Shown here: in pieces, positions 9,710 to 20,800 of the stretch | How the letters are laid out: each line of letters begins with the position of its first letter | Position numbering within the stretch: position 1 is the first letter of the stretch | The notes under the pieces: model-generated | What the model was told of the DNA's origin: nothing | The model's database searches: none | The model's input: only the letters and a program-made list of their open reading frames with translations | Position numbers and translations under genes: made by a program | Virus record (IMG/VR): IMGVR_UViG_3300037508_000909 | Span: 1-61,633 of that record | Source of the DNA: a virus | Taxonomy: Duplodnaviria; Caudoviricetes | DNA: 61,633 nucleotides | Direction: 5' to 3' (one strand)

Positions 9710-9765
9710 TGGTGTGACATGGACGGTTGGCAGAAATGCCAGCCGTCAAGTCACATCATTTTTTT
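9710..9765 (+). terminator. Terminator after capsid gene
   Basis: TGTGAC..GACGGTTGGCA-GAAA-TGCCAGCCGTC..GTCACA followed by T7. Confidence 0.75.
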
Positions 9766-9771
9766 GCTGCC

Positions 9772-12700
9772 ATGCCAATTTACTCAACCGCTCAATTTCG
9801 GCAGTATGTTGTTGATTTGCTTCAACAAGCGACTGGTCTGACAATCCAAATCCCAACCATTCTCGGCACCGCAGAGTACCGTGGGCTCGTCGTCGATTTG
9901 CTGACCGTGCTCGCGCAGGGCGGCGGAGCAAGCGGGAATGCAACGCAACTTCAAGGGCGCAACATCTCTGCGACTGCGCCGACTGCAAATCAACTGCTTG
10001 CGTGGAATGCGACGACAAGCGTTTGGGAGCCAAAGACTGTATCAGGGACTGGCACCGTAACGAGCGTCACTGCTGGCACGGGCCTTACGGGCGGCACGAT
10101 TACATCGTCTGGGACGATTGCGGTGAACTTCGGGACGACGAATGGGACAGTAACGCAAGGAGGAACTGCGGTGCTCAAGGCCGGAGACTCGATGTCTGGC
10201 GCATTGGCAATCGCCACAAACATCAATTCAGCTGCGCTGTCAATAACGCAATCTGGAAATGGATACGCACTTGTTGTCGGTGCTAATCTTCTTTCAATTT
10301 CCCACCATGGACATCTCGGAATTGGATTAACGCCAAATTCATCTCATGCGTTGCGAGTCGATACTGGAGGAATTTTCACTCAAGGGGCACTTACGTTTGG
10401 AGACAATTCAGTTCAGTCAACAGCAGGAATCACATCGCTCACAGGAGACGTAACAACCTCTGGCGTTGGAGCTTCAACAGCAACTGTAGCTCGCATTCAA
10501 AACAGAGCGGTTTCTGCAACTGCGCCAACTTTAGGACAAGTTCTCGCGTGGGATGGGACAGCATGGGCTCCAACTGCAAGCAGCGGTGGAGGGGGAACGG
10601 TGACAAGCGTCACGTTATCCGCTGGAACAACGGGGTTTACAGTAACGAACCCAACCGTAACGACGAGCGGAACGATAACGCTTGCGGGGACGCTGAATGT
10701 TGCGAATGGGGGCACTGGCGCAACGACCGCAGCGGCAGCTTTGACTGCATTGGGCGCAGTCGCGAAAGCTGGCGACACAATGACAGGGAAGCTCACTGTC
10801 GCTGCGACCGACACTGAGGCCAAGCTCAACATCGGTGCGCCCCTCTCTGGAGGAAGTCCGTCAACGCTTGCCTCCGGCGACATTTGGATTTCCAACCAGA
10901 GCCGATTGTCTTGGAGAGCAGGTACATCCACATTCAATGCGGCAGGGCTAACGCAGCAGAATACGTTCAGCCAGCCGCAAGTCATTGGCTCAACGTCAAA
11001 TGCATCTGCTGTACTCTCAGTTTCAAATACGGGAACTCGTGAAGCTGCAACCTTTACTGCTCAAGGCGCGTCCACGGCAGTAAGAATAACGCAAACTGGC
11101 ACAGGAGAAGCATTTAGGGTAGAGGATGAAGCAAACCCAGACGCAACTGCATTTGTTATTTCGGCAAGTGGGCGCGTTGGGATAGGGACAGACCCAGATG
11201 CAACTGTTGGGTTAAAGCTCGATGCGACAGGCATTAAGTTCAGTGACGGCACGGTTCAAACGACCGCAGCAACTGGCGGAGGCAGCGGCACGGTAACAAG
11301 CATCACGGCAGGGACAGGGTTAACTGGCGGGACGATAACGACTTCTGGCACGGTTGCAGCGGACTTCGGGACTACAACTGGCAAAATAACAGAGGGAGGC
11401 ACCACGGTTTTGAAGGCTGGAGACACGATGACTGGTAAGTTGAATACGCCAGCATCCACCACGAGCAATGCCGGATTGAATATTGGCGCGGGTACTGCAC
11501 CGACATCTCCAACGTCAGGGGATATTTATATTGCAGGAGATATTCTTTCGTATCGCGGGACAACCGCAACGCGTTCTGTTGCAGCAACAAACGCAATAAA
11601 TTCGTTTTCTGCTGCACAAGGAATTTCAGCTTCAACATCAGGAGCAGTTCTTGGAGTTACGCAGACAACTGGCTCAGGGGCAGCGATTTCAGCAACGCAA
11701 AATGCAACTGGGACTGGAATCGGCCTGACGGTTGACCTCAACAACACTGCATCAACAGCAGCGGCAGTTCGCATAACAAACTTAGGGACAGGCAATTGTT
11801 TGGTTGTCGAAGATTCGACAACTCCCGATGCGACACCATTCGCCATTTCGGCTTCGGGTAGAGTTGGGATTGGGGTTACTCCCGATGCATCAGCCGCATT
11901 AGTTGTTGATGCTGGCGGGATTAAATTCAGCGACAACAACACGCTCACGACGCTTGTCGCTGGCGGAGACCTATCCGGCACGCTGCCGTCCCCGACTGTT
12001 GTGAGATTACAGGGCAGAGCGGTTGCTGGAACCTTGCCAACTTCTGGACAGGTGCTCGCATGGAATTCTGTCAACGCGCAGTGGCAACCAACGACGCTTG
12101 GAGGCGGCAGCGGAACGGTGACATCGGTCGATGCAAGCGGCGGAACTACTGGCTTGACGTTTAGCGGCGGCCCGATAACTGGAAGCGGCACGCTGACGCT
12201 GGCAGGAACGCTTGCTGTTGCGAATGGGGGCACTGGTCAAACGACCTATTCAAACGGACAACTTTTGATAGGCAATGCCGCTGGTGGATTGAGTAAGGCA
12301 ACCTTGACAGCAGGGTCGAACATCACCATCACGAACGGCAACGGCACGATTACGATTGCGAGCACTGGTGGCGGAAGCGGAATCACGGCACTCACTGGCG
12401 ACGTAACAGCGTCTGGCACTGGCTCCGTAACTGCAACAGTTGCAAAACTTAGAGGCACGCTGCTATCTGCGAATACGCCAATAAACGGTCAGGTTTTGCA
12501 ATACAATGCAACAACCCAAGAATGGCAACCTTCTTCCGCAGCGGCTGGAGCGATAGCGATGGTTGCTTACACGACGGTTGGCATTCAGTACGGAGTGTCG
12601 TTGCCCGCAGGGTACGCATGGGCAGACATTTACGTTTGTTCTGGGGCTGGCGGAGGAGGCGGCGGGATGGACTCAATGAACGGGTCAAATGGAGGCGCAG

Positions 12701-13533
12701 CTTATGGCGGAGGTGGAGGAGGTGCTGGACTTTCTGAGTTCTTGCAAAAAATTCCAATCGATAATGCAACATTTGAGTTTGAAATTGGGGCTGGCGGGGT
12801 TGGCGGCGTAGGTCAATCGACCTACACAGGACAAACTGCAACGGACGGAGGAGACGGTATGCCAACGTACCTGAAGATGAACAGGTATGGTGTCAACAGG
12901 ACTTTAAGTGACTTGGGTAAATATGCAGAACCCGCAGCACTAAACACGACTGGTGCTCAAGGCGGAAACTGGGGCGGAGGTGCAGGTCAATGCAATCTTT
13001 CATTCCCAGCAAGCTGGAGGTCAACTCTAACGCAAGGAGGGAACGGGACTTATGGCGTTGGCAATCCAAGCATTTATACAGGGCAAAACAATGTCGGTCG
13101 CCCGATAAGCGTTTCAGGCTCATCCGGCGCAGGAATCTCGACAACGCCAAATGACGGTGGGGCAATAACAAACATAAAGTTCCCAAATCTTGATTATACC
13201 ACGAACACGCTTTTTGAATACCAAGGGAAAGCGACTTCTGGAGCGCAGGATGCACTTCCATTGCCGACGCTGTCTCTTGGAGACGTGGATTTCAATTCGC
13301 TCAACTTTTTGGGCGGGGCAGGTGGAGCTTCGGGCGATATCAGCCTCAACATTCCACTGCCTTCTCCGATGACTGGATATCGCGCTGGAAACGGCGCAGA
13401 CGGTCATTTTGGCTGCGGAGGCGGAGGCGGAGGGGCGATTGGTGGGACAACTCCAGACACAAGCAATCCGTATTATGGTGGAGATGGTGGAGATGGCGGG
13501 CAAGGTTTCATCATATTCATCTGTTACAATTAA
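9772..13533 (+). CDS. Tail fibre 1 (modular, Gly/Thr-rich, glycine-rich C-terminal domain)
   Basis: Repeated GTVTS, KAGDTMTG, LTGDV, GQVLAW, NGGTG and GRVGIG motifs; start moved to ATG 9772 because 9727 lies inside the terminator. Confidence 0.85.
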   Translation: MPIYSTAQFRQYVVDLLQQATGLTIQIPTILGTAEYRGLVVDLLTVLAQGGGASGNATQLQGRNISATAPTANQLLAWNATTSVWEPKTVSGTGTVTSVTAGTGLTGGTITSSGTIAVNFGTTNGTVTQGGTAVLKAGDSMSGALAIATNINSAALSITQSGNGYALVVGANLLSISHHGHLGIGLTPNSSHALRVDTGGIFTQGALTFGDNSVQSTAGITSLTGDVTTSGVGASTATVARIQNRAVSATAPTLGQVLAWDGTAWAPTASSGGGGTVTSVTLSAGTTGFTVTNPTVTTSGTITLAGTLNVANGGTGATTAAAALTALGAVAKAGDTMTGKLTVAATDTEAKLNIGAPLSGGSPSTLASGDIWISNQSRLSWRAGTSTFNAAGLTQQNTFSQPQVIGSTSNASAVLSVSNTGTREAATFTAQGASTAVRITQTGTGEAFRVEDEANPDATAFVISASGRVGIGTDPDATVGLKLDATGIKFSDGTVQTTAATGGGSGTVTSITAGTGLTGGTITTSGTVAADFGTTTGKITEGGTTVLKAGDTMTGKLNTPASTTSNAGLNIGAGTAPTSPTSGDIYIAGDILSYRGTTATRSVAATNAINSFSAAQGISASTSGAVLGVTQTTGSGAAISATQNATGTGIGLTVDLNNTASTAAAVRITNLGTGNCLVVEDSTTPDATPFAISASGRVGIGVTPDASAALVVDAGGIKFSDNNTLTTLVAGGDLSGTLPSPTVVRLQGRAVAGTLPTSGQVLAWNSVNAQWQPTTLGGGSGTVTSVDASGGTTGLTFSGGPITGSGTLTLAGTLAVANGGTGQTTYSNGQLLIGNAAGGLSKATLTAGSNITITNGNGTITIASTGGGSGITALTGDVTASGTGSVTATVAKLRGTLLSANTPINGQVLQYNATTQEWQPSSAAAGAIAMVAYTTVGIQYGVSLPAGYAWADIYVCSGAGGGGGGMDSMNGSNGGAAYGGGGGGAGLSEFLQKIPIDNATFEFEIGAGGVGGVGQSTYTGQTATDGGDGMPTYLKMNRYGVNRTLSDLGKYAEPAALNTTGAQGGNWGGGAGQCNLSFPASWRSTLTQGGNGTYGVGNPSIYTGQNNVGRPISVSGSSGAGISTTPNDGGAITNIKFPNLDYTTNTLFEYQGKATSGAQDALPLPTLSLGDVDFNSLNFLGGAGGASGDISLNIPLPSPMTGYRAGNGADGHFGCGGGGGGAIGGTTPDTSNPYYGGDGGDGGQGFIIFICYN

Positions 13534-13534
13534 T

Positions 13535-13738
13535 ATGCAAAAAGCCAATTCATGGGCAGTTGTGAGGGTTTCTGACAACACCGTCGCAAACATAATTCGA
13601 TGGAATGGACAAGGCGTTTATCCCGCTCCGGAAGGCATGAAGTTCGTGAATGTTGAAGGAAAAACACTTGCCAAGGGATGGATTCTTCAGGAAGACGGCT
13701 CTTTTATTGAGCCTCCGCAACCCGTTAATGTGCAATGA
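13535..13738 (+). CDS. Small tail-fibre-associated protein
   Basis: WAVV...VANII.W...GW..EDGSF.EP, typical of genes following Gly-rich fibres. Confidence 0.6.
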   Translation: MQKANSWAVVRVSDNTVANIIRWNGQGVYPAPEGMKFVNVEGKTLAKGWILQEDGSFIEPPQPVNVQ

Positions 13739-13992
13739 GTAAGGTTTCACTTTCTGTTGGCGACGGAGAGAAGTTGCCAGTCTCGCGTGGAGCGGGATTG
13801 ACAGAGAAGGGGCGTCGTGCTTACAACCGTGCGACGGGGAGCAACCTCAAGGCTCCGGCACCAAATCCAAAAACCAAGGCAGACAAGGGGCGCAAGAAGT
13901 CGTTCTGCGCCAGAATGAAAGGTGTGGTTCGTAATTCAAAGGGGCCAGCCGAGCGGGCAAGAGCAAGTTTAAGACGTTGGAACTGTAGCTAA
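13735..13992 (+). CDS. Small basic protein, DUF6321-like
   Basis: GLTEKGR...GSNLKAP...RKKSFCARM...SLRRWNC. Confidence 0.7.
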   Translation: MSKVSLSVGDGEKLPVSRGAGLTEKGRRAYNRATGSNLKAPAPNPKTKADKGRKKSFCARMKGVVRNSKGPAERARASLRRWNCS

Positions 13993-13993
13993 T

Positions 13994-14173
13994 ATGAAAT
14001 ACCTCATTGACAGACTGTTAGAGCCTTCGACATGGAGAGGGCTGGTTGCACTGATTACGGTTTTTTCTGCGAAAGCAAGGCCGGAAGCTGCCGAAAGCAT
14101 AGTTACCGCTGGGGCAAGCGTTTACGCAGCCATCCAGATTCTTCGCAAGGAGGGAAATGGAAAAAATCCTTGA
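13994..14173 (+). CDS. Holin-like membrane protein, 59 aa (absent from the ORF track)
   Basis: Translated by hand: MKYLIDRLLEPSTWRGLVALITVF...VYAAIQILRKEGNGKNP; EPSTW motif, two hydrophobic stretches, upstream of endolysin. Confidence 0.65.
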   Translation: MKYLIDRLLEPSTWRGLVALITVFSAKARPEAAESIVTAGASVYAAIQILRKEGNGKNP

Positions 14174-14360
14174 AAGTCTGATTGCTCAAGGCCCGATTGC
14201 AGCCGTTCTTGGTGGGGGCATATGGTGGCTCGCCGCTCGGCTGAAAGAATCTGAGGGGAAAGCAGATAAGCGCATTGACGCTGTCGAAGCGAGGGCTGAG
14301 GCTTGCGAGAAAGACAGGGAGAGACTTTGGCAACGTGTTGCGGAACTCGCTGAACGGTAA
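14157..14360 (+). CDS. Small membrane plus coiled-coil protein (lysis cassette)
   Basis: One TM segment followed by a coiled coil; TAATG coupling to endolysin. Confidence 0.6.
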   Translation: MEKILESLIAQGPIAAVLGGGIWWLAARLKESEGKADKRIDAVEARAEACEKDRERLWQRVAELAER

Positions 14361-14824
14361 TGGACGAACGCTCTGAGAAGAATCTCGCGAAGCTGCACCC
14401 AAAAGTGCAACAACGCTTTCGCGACTTTTTGATTGAGGCTCAATCGATTGCGGCGGAACTCGGCGTCGAGTATCGAGCCATTTCCAGCTTGCGAACATTT
14501 GCCGAGCAGGACGCTCTATACGCTCAAGGACGCACCAACAAAAGCCTTCCGAGGGTCACCAACGCCAAGGCGGGTCAGAGCTACCACAATTATGGCCTAG
14601 CCATCGACTGTGGCGTTTTTCGCGGGAAAACGTATCTCGACGGAGTTGAACCGAAAACCGCTGACATCGTGCATCGTCGAGTTGGCGCGATTGCTGAGAA
14701 GCACGGATTGACGTGGGGAGGAACTTTCAAGGGGCTGTACGATGCCCCGCATTTCGAGTTTTCAAAAGGATTGCCAATCGCGACGCTGCTTGAGCGTCAC
14801 AACAAAAATCAGGAGTTGTTATGA
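14360..14824 (+). CDS. Endolysin, M15 family L-Ala-D-Glu peptidase-like
   Basis: RTFAEQDALYAQGRT...SYHNYGLAID...WGG...DAPHFE. Confidence 0.92.
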   Translation: MDERSEKNLAKLHPKVQQRFRDFLIEAQSIAAELGVEYRAISSLRTFAEQDALYAQGRTNKSLPRVTNAKAGQSYHNYGLAIDCGVFRGKTYLDGVEPKTADIVHRRVGAIAEKHGLTWGGTFKGLYDAPHFEFSKGLPIATLLERHNKNQELL

Positions 14825-17508
14825 GTTGTGAATCAGATGTTTGCAGACAGGATATTCCATATCCCATTGTGTCTCAGGAGAGTGTTGCGAGCATCCTCGG
14901 CAACCTGACCTCCGCGCTTTACGGAACCATCACAAAAACCGTTGTCGATGGGCGTGTTGTTTGGTCAACGTGTGATGTAAACCAACAGGCGACCGTGTTT
15001 GGAATACCTCGCAATGCGGGCGAGGGATTGATGTGTTACTTTTTGCGAGCGTTCCAAGACTCTCGCGTTATTGCAGTTCCAGCTGCAACTTCTGCAAGTC
15101 AGGTTTTGGTTTCTCAACAAGCTGGCTCGCAAACGCTTGTATGGCGGGGATATGCATCAGAAGCGTCTCCAAATACTATTGTAAGTCGCGATAGCCAAGG
15201 CAGTTCGCAATTCTACAATGTAGGTTTATCTGGAAATCTATATGTATCCGGCACGATAACTTGTGAAAACACACTTTACGTTAGCCCGCTTGGAATTGGA
15301 TTTGCAAACGGAACAATACAGACGGTTGCCGGAATAACGTCGCTGACTGGCGATGTTACAGCAACTCCAGCTTCAAACGGCTCTGCCTCTGCAACGGTTG
15401 CGAGGATTCGTGGAATTAATGTTTCCGCGACCGTTCCAGTGAATGGACAGGTTTTGAAGTACAATGGAACCCAATGGGCACCATCCGCCGACACTGACGC
15501 AGGCATTACCGCACTGACCGGAGATGTCATTGCAAGTGGCTCTGGTTCAGTTGTAGCAACGCTTGCAAACACTGGCGTTGTGGCTGCAAGCTACGGTTCA
15601 GCCAGTTCCGTTCCGGCTTTTAGCGTTGACGCAAAAGGCCGAATCACATCCGCATCGAATCAAACGATAACGCCAGCAGCGATTGGCGCGATGCCAGTAT
15701 TCAGCACATTGGGCATTGCGCTTGGCGGGACGGGAGCGACAACTCAGCAAGCTGCGCTTAACGCATTGGCAGGAGCAGTAACATCGGGTCAATACCTTCG
15801 CGGAACTGGGGCAAACGTAGTTCTTTCGGCAATCCAAGCCGGAGATGTGCCCACTCTGAATCAAAACACGACTGGAACAGCATCGAACGTAACTGGCGTG
15901 GTAGCCGTTGCCAATGGCGGAACAGGAGCGACGACACTCACAGGCATAATAAAGGGCAACGGAACAGGAGCTTTCACAGCAGCAGTCGCCGGAACTGATT
16001 ATCTTGCTGCCGGAACAGCGGTTTTAAAAACTGGGGACACAATGTCCGGAGCGTTGACCGTTTCAACAACGGGAACAGGTACTTCATTGACGGTTTCCAA
16101 TGCTGCGACAGCAACGTCTGATTGCGTTGTAATAACCAATCAGGGGACTGGCAGGTCATTAATAGTAAATGACGTATCTGGCGATGCGACACCTTTTGTG
16201 ATTGACGCATCCGGTCGCGTTGGGATTGGCGTTGCGACAAGCACTTTTGCTTTAGATGTTTGCAATAGAACTGGACAAACAACTGACGGGGTTGTAAGAT
16301 TTTCTATTGATAATTCAGGAACAAGAACAACCGTACTGAATATTTTCAACAATGGACTCATTGAAGCATACACAACATTCATTTCGGGTGGACTTTTAGT
16401 TGTAGGCTCACAAGGTATATTTTTTAACCAAGATGCAAGCACTCAAACAAAAGCAGGTATAACATCTTTGTCTGGCGATGTTACGGCATCCGCTGGCGAC
16501 GCTACAGCAAGCGTTGTGAGGATTCAGGGCAGGTCGGTGGCATCAACTGCGCCAACAACCGGACAAATTCTGGCATGGAATGGCACAGCATGGACACCAA
16601 CGACAGTAGGTGGGACTGGGACAGTCACCAGTATAACGGCTGGGTCGGGATTAAGCGGAGGCACAATCACCAGCAGCGGAACTATTTCAGCAAATTTTGG
16701 GACGAGTGCCGGAACGATAACGCAGGGGGGTACAACCGTTTTAAAAACTGGGGACACAATGTCCGGAGCGTTGACCATTTCAACGAATGGAACTGGCTCG
16801 TCGCTGACCATATCCAACGCGACGACCGCAACATCCGATTGCGTTGTTATAACAAATCAAGGAACTGGAAAATCATTAATAGTAAATGACGTAGCCGGAG
16901 ATATCACGCCATTTATAATACACGCAGCCGGAGAGGTTGCGATTGGAACAACGGACACTCCAGCGGCTGTTTTGTCTATAAAGCAAACTACGCTTCCAAC
17001 AATTAAAATATTGTCTGGAACTGGCGCAAATGGAGACTTAATTAAATATCAGCATAACACAACCACTCTGAGAGATTTCTCGATTACAGCAGCTTCAGAG
17101 TTGAATTGCTATTCTATATTTGCAAATGGTGGTATTCAGTCGAATTTGGAGCTTGCAATTGTTGATGGCATTACGATAGGCCCAACAGATATAAATTTTT
17201 CTTCACTATCTCAGGCAAACGCTGGCGTTATATCAAAGGGATATTACGAAACGACATCCTCTCAAGCGACTGTAACCATTAACGCTGGGACTCAAAAAAC
17301 ATACTCGATTACTGTTACAAATGCCGCATTGCAGGACTTTGCGCTTGCATCGCTAAGTGTTTCGGCTGGGAATACAGACGCGACTGCCTTGCAAATAACG
17401 GCTCACGTTCACACCGCAAACACTGTGATTGTTGTAATACGAAACTCAACAGCTTCAAACGTAACATTAACTACACCAACGATAAAAGTAAGGGTCTGGA
17501 AATCTTAA
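14821..17508 (+). CDS. Tail fibre 2
   Basis: Shares repeat modules with fibre 1; distinct N- and C-termini. Confidence 0.85.
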   Translation: MSCESDVCRQDIPYPIVSQESVASILGNLTSALYGTITKTVVDGRVVWSTCDVNQQATVFGIPRNAGEGLMCYFLRAFQDSRVIAVPAATSASQVLVSQQAGSQTLVWRGYASEASPNTIVSRDSQGSSQFYNVGLSGNLYVSGTITCENTLYVSPLGIGFANGTIQTVAGITSLTGDVTATPASNGSASATVARIRGINVSATVPVNGQVLKYNGTQWAPSADTDAGITALTGDVIASGSGSVVATLANTGVVAASYGSASSVPAFSVDAKGRITSASNQTITPAAIGAMPVFSTLGIALGGTGATTQQAALNALAGAVTSGQYLRGTGANVVLSAIQAGDVPTLNQNTTGTASNVTGVVAVANGGTGATTLTGIIKGNGTGAFTAAVAGTDYLAAGTAVLKTGDTMSGALTVSTTGTGTSLTVSNAATATSDCVVITNQGTGRSLIVNDVSGDATPFVIDASGRVGIGVATSTFALDVCNRTGQTTDGVVRFSIDNSGTRTTVLNIFNNGLIEAYTTFISGGLLVVGSQGIFFNQDASTQTKAGITSLSGDVTASAGDATASVVRIQGRSVASTAPTTGQILAWNGTAWTPTTVGGTGTVTSITAGSGLSGGTITSSGTISANFGTSAGTITQGGTTVLKTGDTMSGALTISTNGTGSSLTISNATTATSDCVVITNQGTGKSLIVNDVAGDITPFIIHAAGEVAIGTTDTPAAVLSIKQTTLPTIKILSGTGANGDLIKYQHNTTTLRDFSITAASELNCYSIFANGGIQSNLELAIVDGITIGPTDINFSSLSQANAGVISKGYYETTSSQATVTINAGTQKTYSITVTNAALQDFALASLSVSAGNTDATALQITAHVHTANTVIVVIRNSTASNVTLTTPTIKVRVWKS

Positions 17509-17519
17509 AAGCAAAAAAT

Positions 17520-17876
17520 ATGAAACAGAACGAAATGGCTATGGGTGCTGCTCCGGCAGCAGGGATGGATTCGGGAATGGGCGCAGCAATGCCTCCAGCA
17601 GGAGCAGGGATGCCCCCAGAAGGGGCTGGAATGGGCGCGGAAGGTGGGGAGACCATCGAAATCCCAAAAGCGATGTTCATGGCGATTTACGACGTTATCA
17701 AGAACCTCTCTTCGGGCCTCAGCGAGTTCGCAACAATGCTCGAAGGTCAAGCTGCCGCTCCGGAGATGGAGGATGAGGGAGGAGAGAAGGAAATGGAAAT
17801 GGAGGACAAGGGAGGGCGCAAAAAGGCTGACGAAGAGTTTTTGGCATCCATAGCTGAAGAAGGCAGCTACAAGTAA
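17520..17876 (+). CDS. Met/Gly/Glu-rich hypothetical protein
   Basis: 118-aa ORF with A-rich start and tight spacing. Confidence 0.65.
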   Translation: MKQNEMAMGAAPAAGMDSGMGAAMPPAGAGMPPEGAGMGAEGGETIEIPKAMFMAIYDVIKNLSSGLSEFATMLEGQAAAPEMEDEGGEKEMEMEDKGGRKKADEEFLASIAEEGSYK

Positions 17877-17878
17877 CC

Positions 17879-20800
17879 ATGTTTGTCTCAGAGATTTACG
17901 ACGAGATTTCTGAGATTCTGGCGACGACCGACAGCAACCGGATTTACCGGAAGCTGTCGCAAGCCGTTCAGGGTCTTATGGATTCCGGTCACTACCACCA
18001 CCTGATTTCGCAGGTGGACGTATGCACCGGATGGGATGGGATGAGCGTCACGCTCCCGCGTGGAATCGAAGTCCCTCTCGCTGTAAACACTGACGGCTCG
18101 CCGCTTTACTTTCGCAGCAGGTTATTTCAGTACCATATCAACAAAGGCGGGATGTACTCGCCCGTTTCGTGGGCGTGGGACGACCGTGGGTTTGTTCCCG
18201 TTGTCATGGACATCCTCCAGCCTTCGCAACTCATTGCGATTGCAGAGCACGAAAGTGATGTCGGGGTTCGGCTGCGCGTCATCGGATATGACGGGAACAA
18301 TCGTGCTCTTAGGACGCAAACAGAAGCAGGAGAGGGCGTTGACGGGCTTTACGTTACGGCTCATGCCATATCCGACTTCCCGCTTGGGCTGATTCAGCCG
18401 GACAGCGTCAACATTCTGTTGCGGTCGGCAAAGACAAAGCCGCTTTACGAGTTTACAGCACAGTCCGGCTCGCACAACTTTGTTGCTGGTACACTCGCAA
18501 AAATTACGTTTGTAACGACTACGCCAAAGCCGTTGAGCAACAACGGTAACTACTACATCGGAACGCCTTCCGCCAGCACGGTAACACTGCATCAATCCCA
18601 ACTGGATGCCGAGAATGGCATCAACGGAATTCAAATCACCGACCTTCGCAACAACCTCAACGCGAACGTGCTTGGAGACTTTGAAAATACACGCTCAGTG
18701 CAGGTTTCGACTGCATTGTATCTTCCAGCGGCGACAGCATTTGGAAGCATCTTTCCGAAAATCCAAACAGGCACGGAAGTGCGGTTTGAAAAGATATCGA
18801 ACCTTGAGCTTCCGGCTCCCCTTGCAACGGAAACGGTATACTTTGCGCGAATCCTCGATGACGCTTACAACATTGTTGTTTACAAAACATCTTCGGACGC
18901 ATCTAACGACATCAATCGCATACTGTTAAGCGGAAGCAAAAACAACAGCACAATCGTTGTTCGCAATCCGATTGCCCCAGAAACAACGCTGGAATTCACG
19001 CTCGACGCCCCATTTTCGACTGGCGATTTGGTTCAAGCGTACTCTGCTGGAGGCTCGCTCCCAGAGCCGTTATTGAGCGGTCAGAACTACTACGCAAGAA
19101 GGATTGACGGAAAAAACGTCACGCTGCATGAATCTTACGAGGCTTCCTTGTCGGGTGAAAAGCCAATCGTATTTACCACTACGGGCAGTGGGCAGAATAG
19201 CGTTGCGAAACTCATTCCGGCGCAATCCAGCGCGGGTAAAGTTTCAAACATATCCGCCAGCGGCATAAGCATAAATCCAGCGACTGGGCAAGGCGCAGAG
19301 ATAACCGCTGTTGTCACTGGGCCAGTGACATTTGCATCAATTGTTTCAGGTGGAGGTGGTTATACAAACGTCCCTGCCGTGAAGTTTGACGACATTGGAG
19401 GTATCGGGTACACGGGAGCACCAATCGTTCAAATCGAATCGCCAAACGACCCTACTGGAACTCAAGCGACCGCTGAGGCCGTAATGAAGACAGACCCAGC
19501 CACTGGTCTGCAATATGTTGGATTTGTAAAGGTTACAAATGGTGGGACGAAATACTCAGCGACATCGTTGCCAACAGTTAAATTCATTGGGAATGCCACG
19601 TTCCATGCGCGTGCAAGGGCAGTTGTGCAAGGCCAGTCTGTGACCCGAATCGACCTGTATGGTTATGGGACGGGAGCCGCTGCGATTGCCTCAGTAAACA
19701 CTGTTCTTGAGTCCAGACCCGTCAATGCAATCACTTTAACGTCAGGAGGCTCTGGCTATCGATACACGCCAAGAATTGAAATTGAGCAATCAGCCTCCCC
19801 AAGATATATCTTTGCTGCCTCGCCAACTGCTGGCGGGAACATTTTAAACTTTAGGGCTGTTTTGCGCGAAAGCAGTGCAAATGTAGAGCTAATTGCATCG
19901 TCGATTTCTTATGTAAGCTCTGAAACAACTAGCTCGCTGGCTCAGAAGGTTGTAAATGCAATAAACAACAACACTGTAACATCAGGCTTTACAGCACAAA
20001 CTGTATCATTTGGGCCTTACTCTGGTGTATCGGTAAGCAATGTATCTGGAAAAGTAATTCAAACATTTGATGTTGTTTACAGCAATGCCACGACTGCCCC
20101 GAAAGCTGCAAATGTTGGGTGCGTAGCGGAGATGCCAATAACAATACAAGCCCCACCATCTGTTGATTCAATTAAAGTTACAGGCAACATTGGCTCAGGT
20201 GGCGTCGTAAGTGGTATAAATACCACTCCAGAAGGATTTAACGTCTCAAAATTAAAAGTTGGGATGGGCGTTTCTGGAACTGGCATAGCTGCAAATGCAA
20301 CTATATCCGCTATCAATTCACCAAATTTTACAATAACTCCAGCACCAACGGCTGGAACTAATATTGAAATAACAATATCGCTTGGAATAATATCATCGCT
20401 TCTCGCAAGCGGCAATACAACCGACCTTTTAGGAAATGTAAATCTATATTTCAAAGCAAGCGACTCAACAAACGTCCTAGCCACTTTAATATCGGCAGGA
20501 ATAACTGCATTTTCCGCCTCAACTGGATACTATGCAAGCGCGACTGATAATAAGATTTTTATACTTAACGCTCAGAATGCCCCAATAACATCGCTTGTAT
20601 TAACCGCTTCGCCAGCGTTAACTTACGATACTATATTCCCAAGTTCGTTTGCCTACGCAAAATGCTCAATAACAACAAACTTTATTTCAGAATATGAAAT
20701 AACAAATGCTGGCTCCGGCTATACAAACGCACCAGCATTGCTTGTTGCCGGAACGACCGGAAGCGGAGCGAGCGCAAGCGCAGTTGTGGATTCTGCGACT

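Noticed and set aside
8427-9749. 440-aa minus-strand ORF and other long antisense ORFs
   Set aside because: Shadows of well-supported plus-strand genes with no recognisable motifs
9727-9771. Upstream start of tail fibre 1 given in the ORF track
   Set aside because: It lies inside the capsid terminator hairpin; ATG 9772 fits better
9772-17508. Diversity-generating retroelement or invertase shufflon acting on tail fibres
   Set aside because: No reverse transcriptase, no template/variable pair with adenine-specific mismatches noticed, no invertase or inverted cassettes
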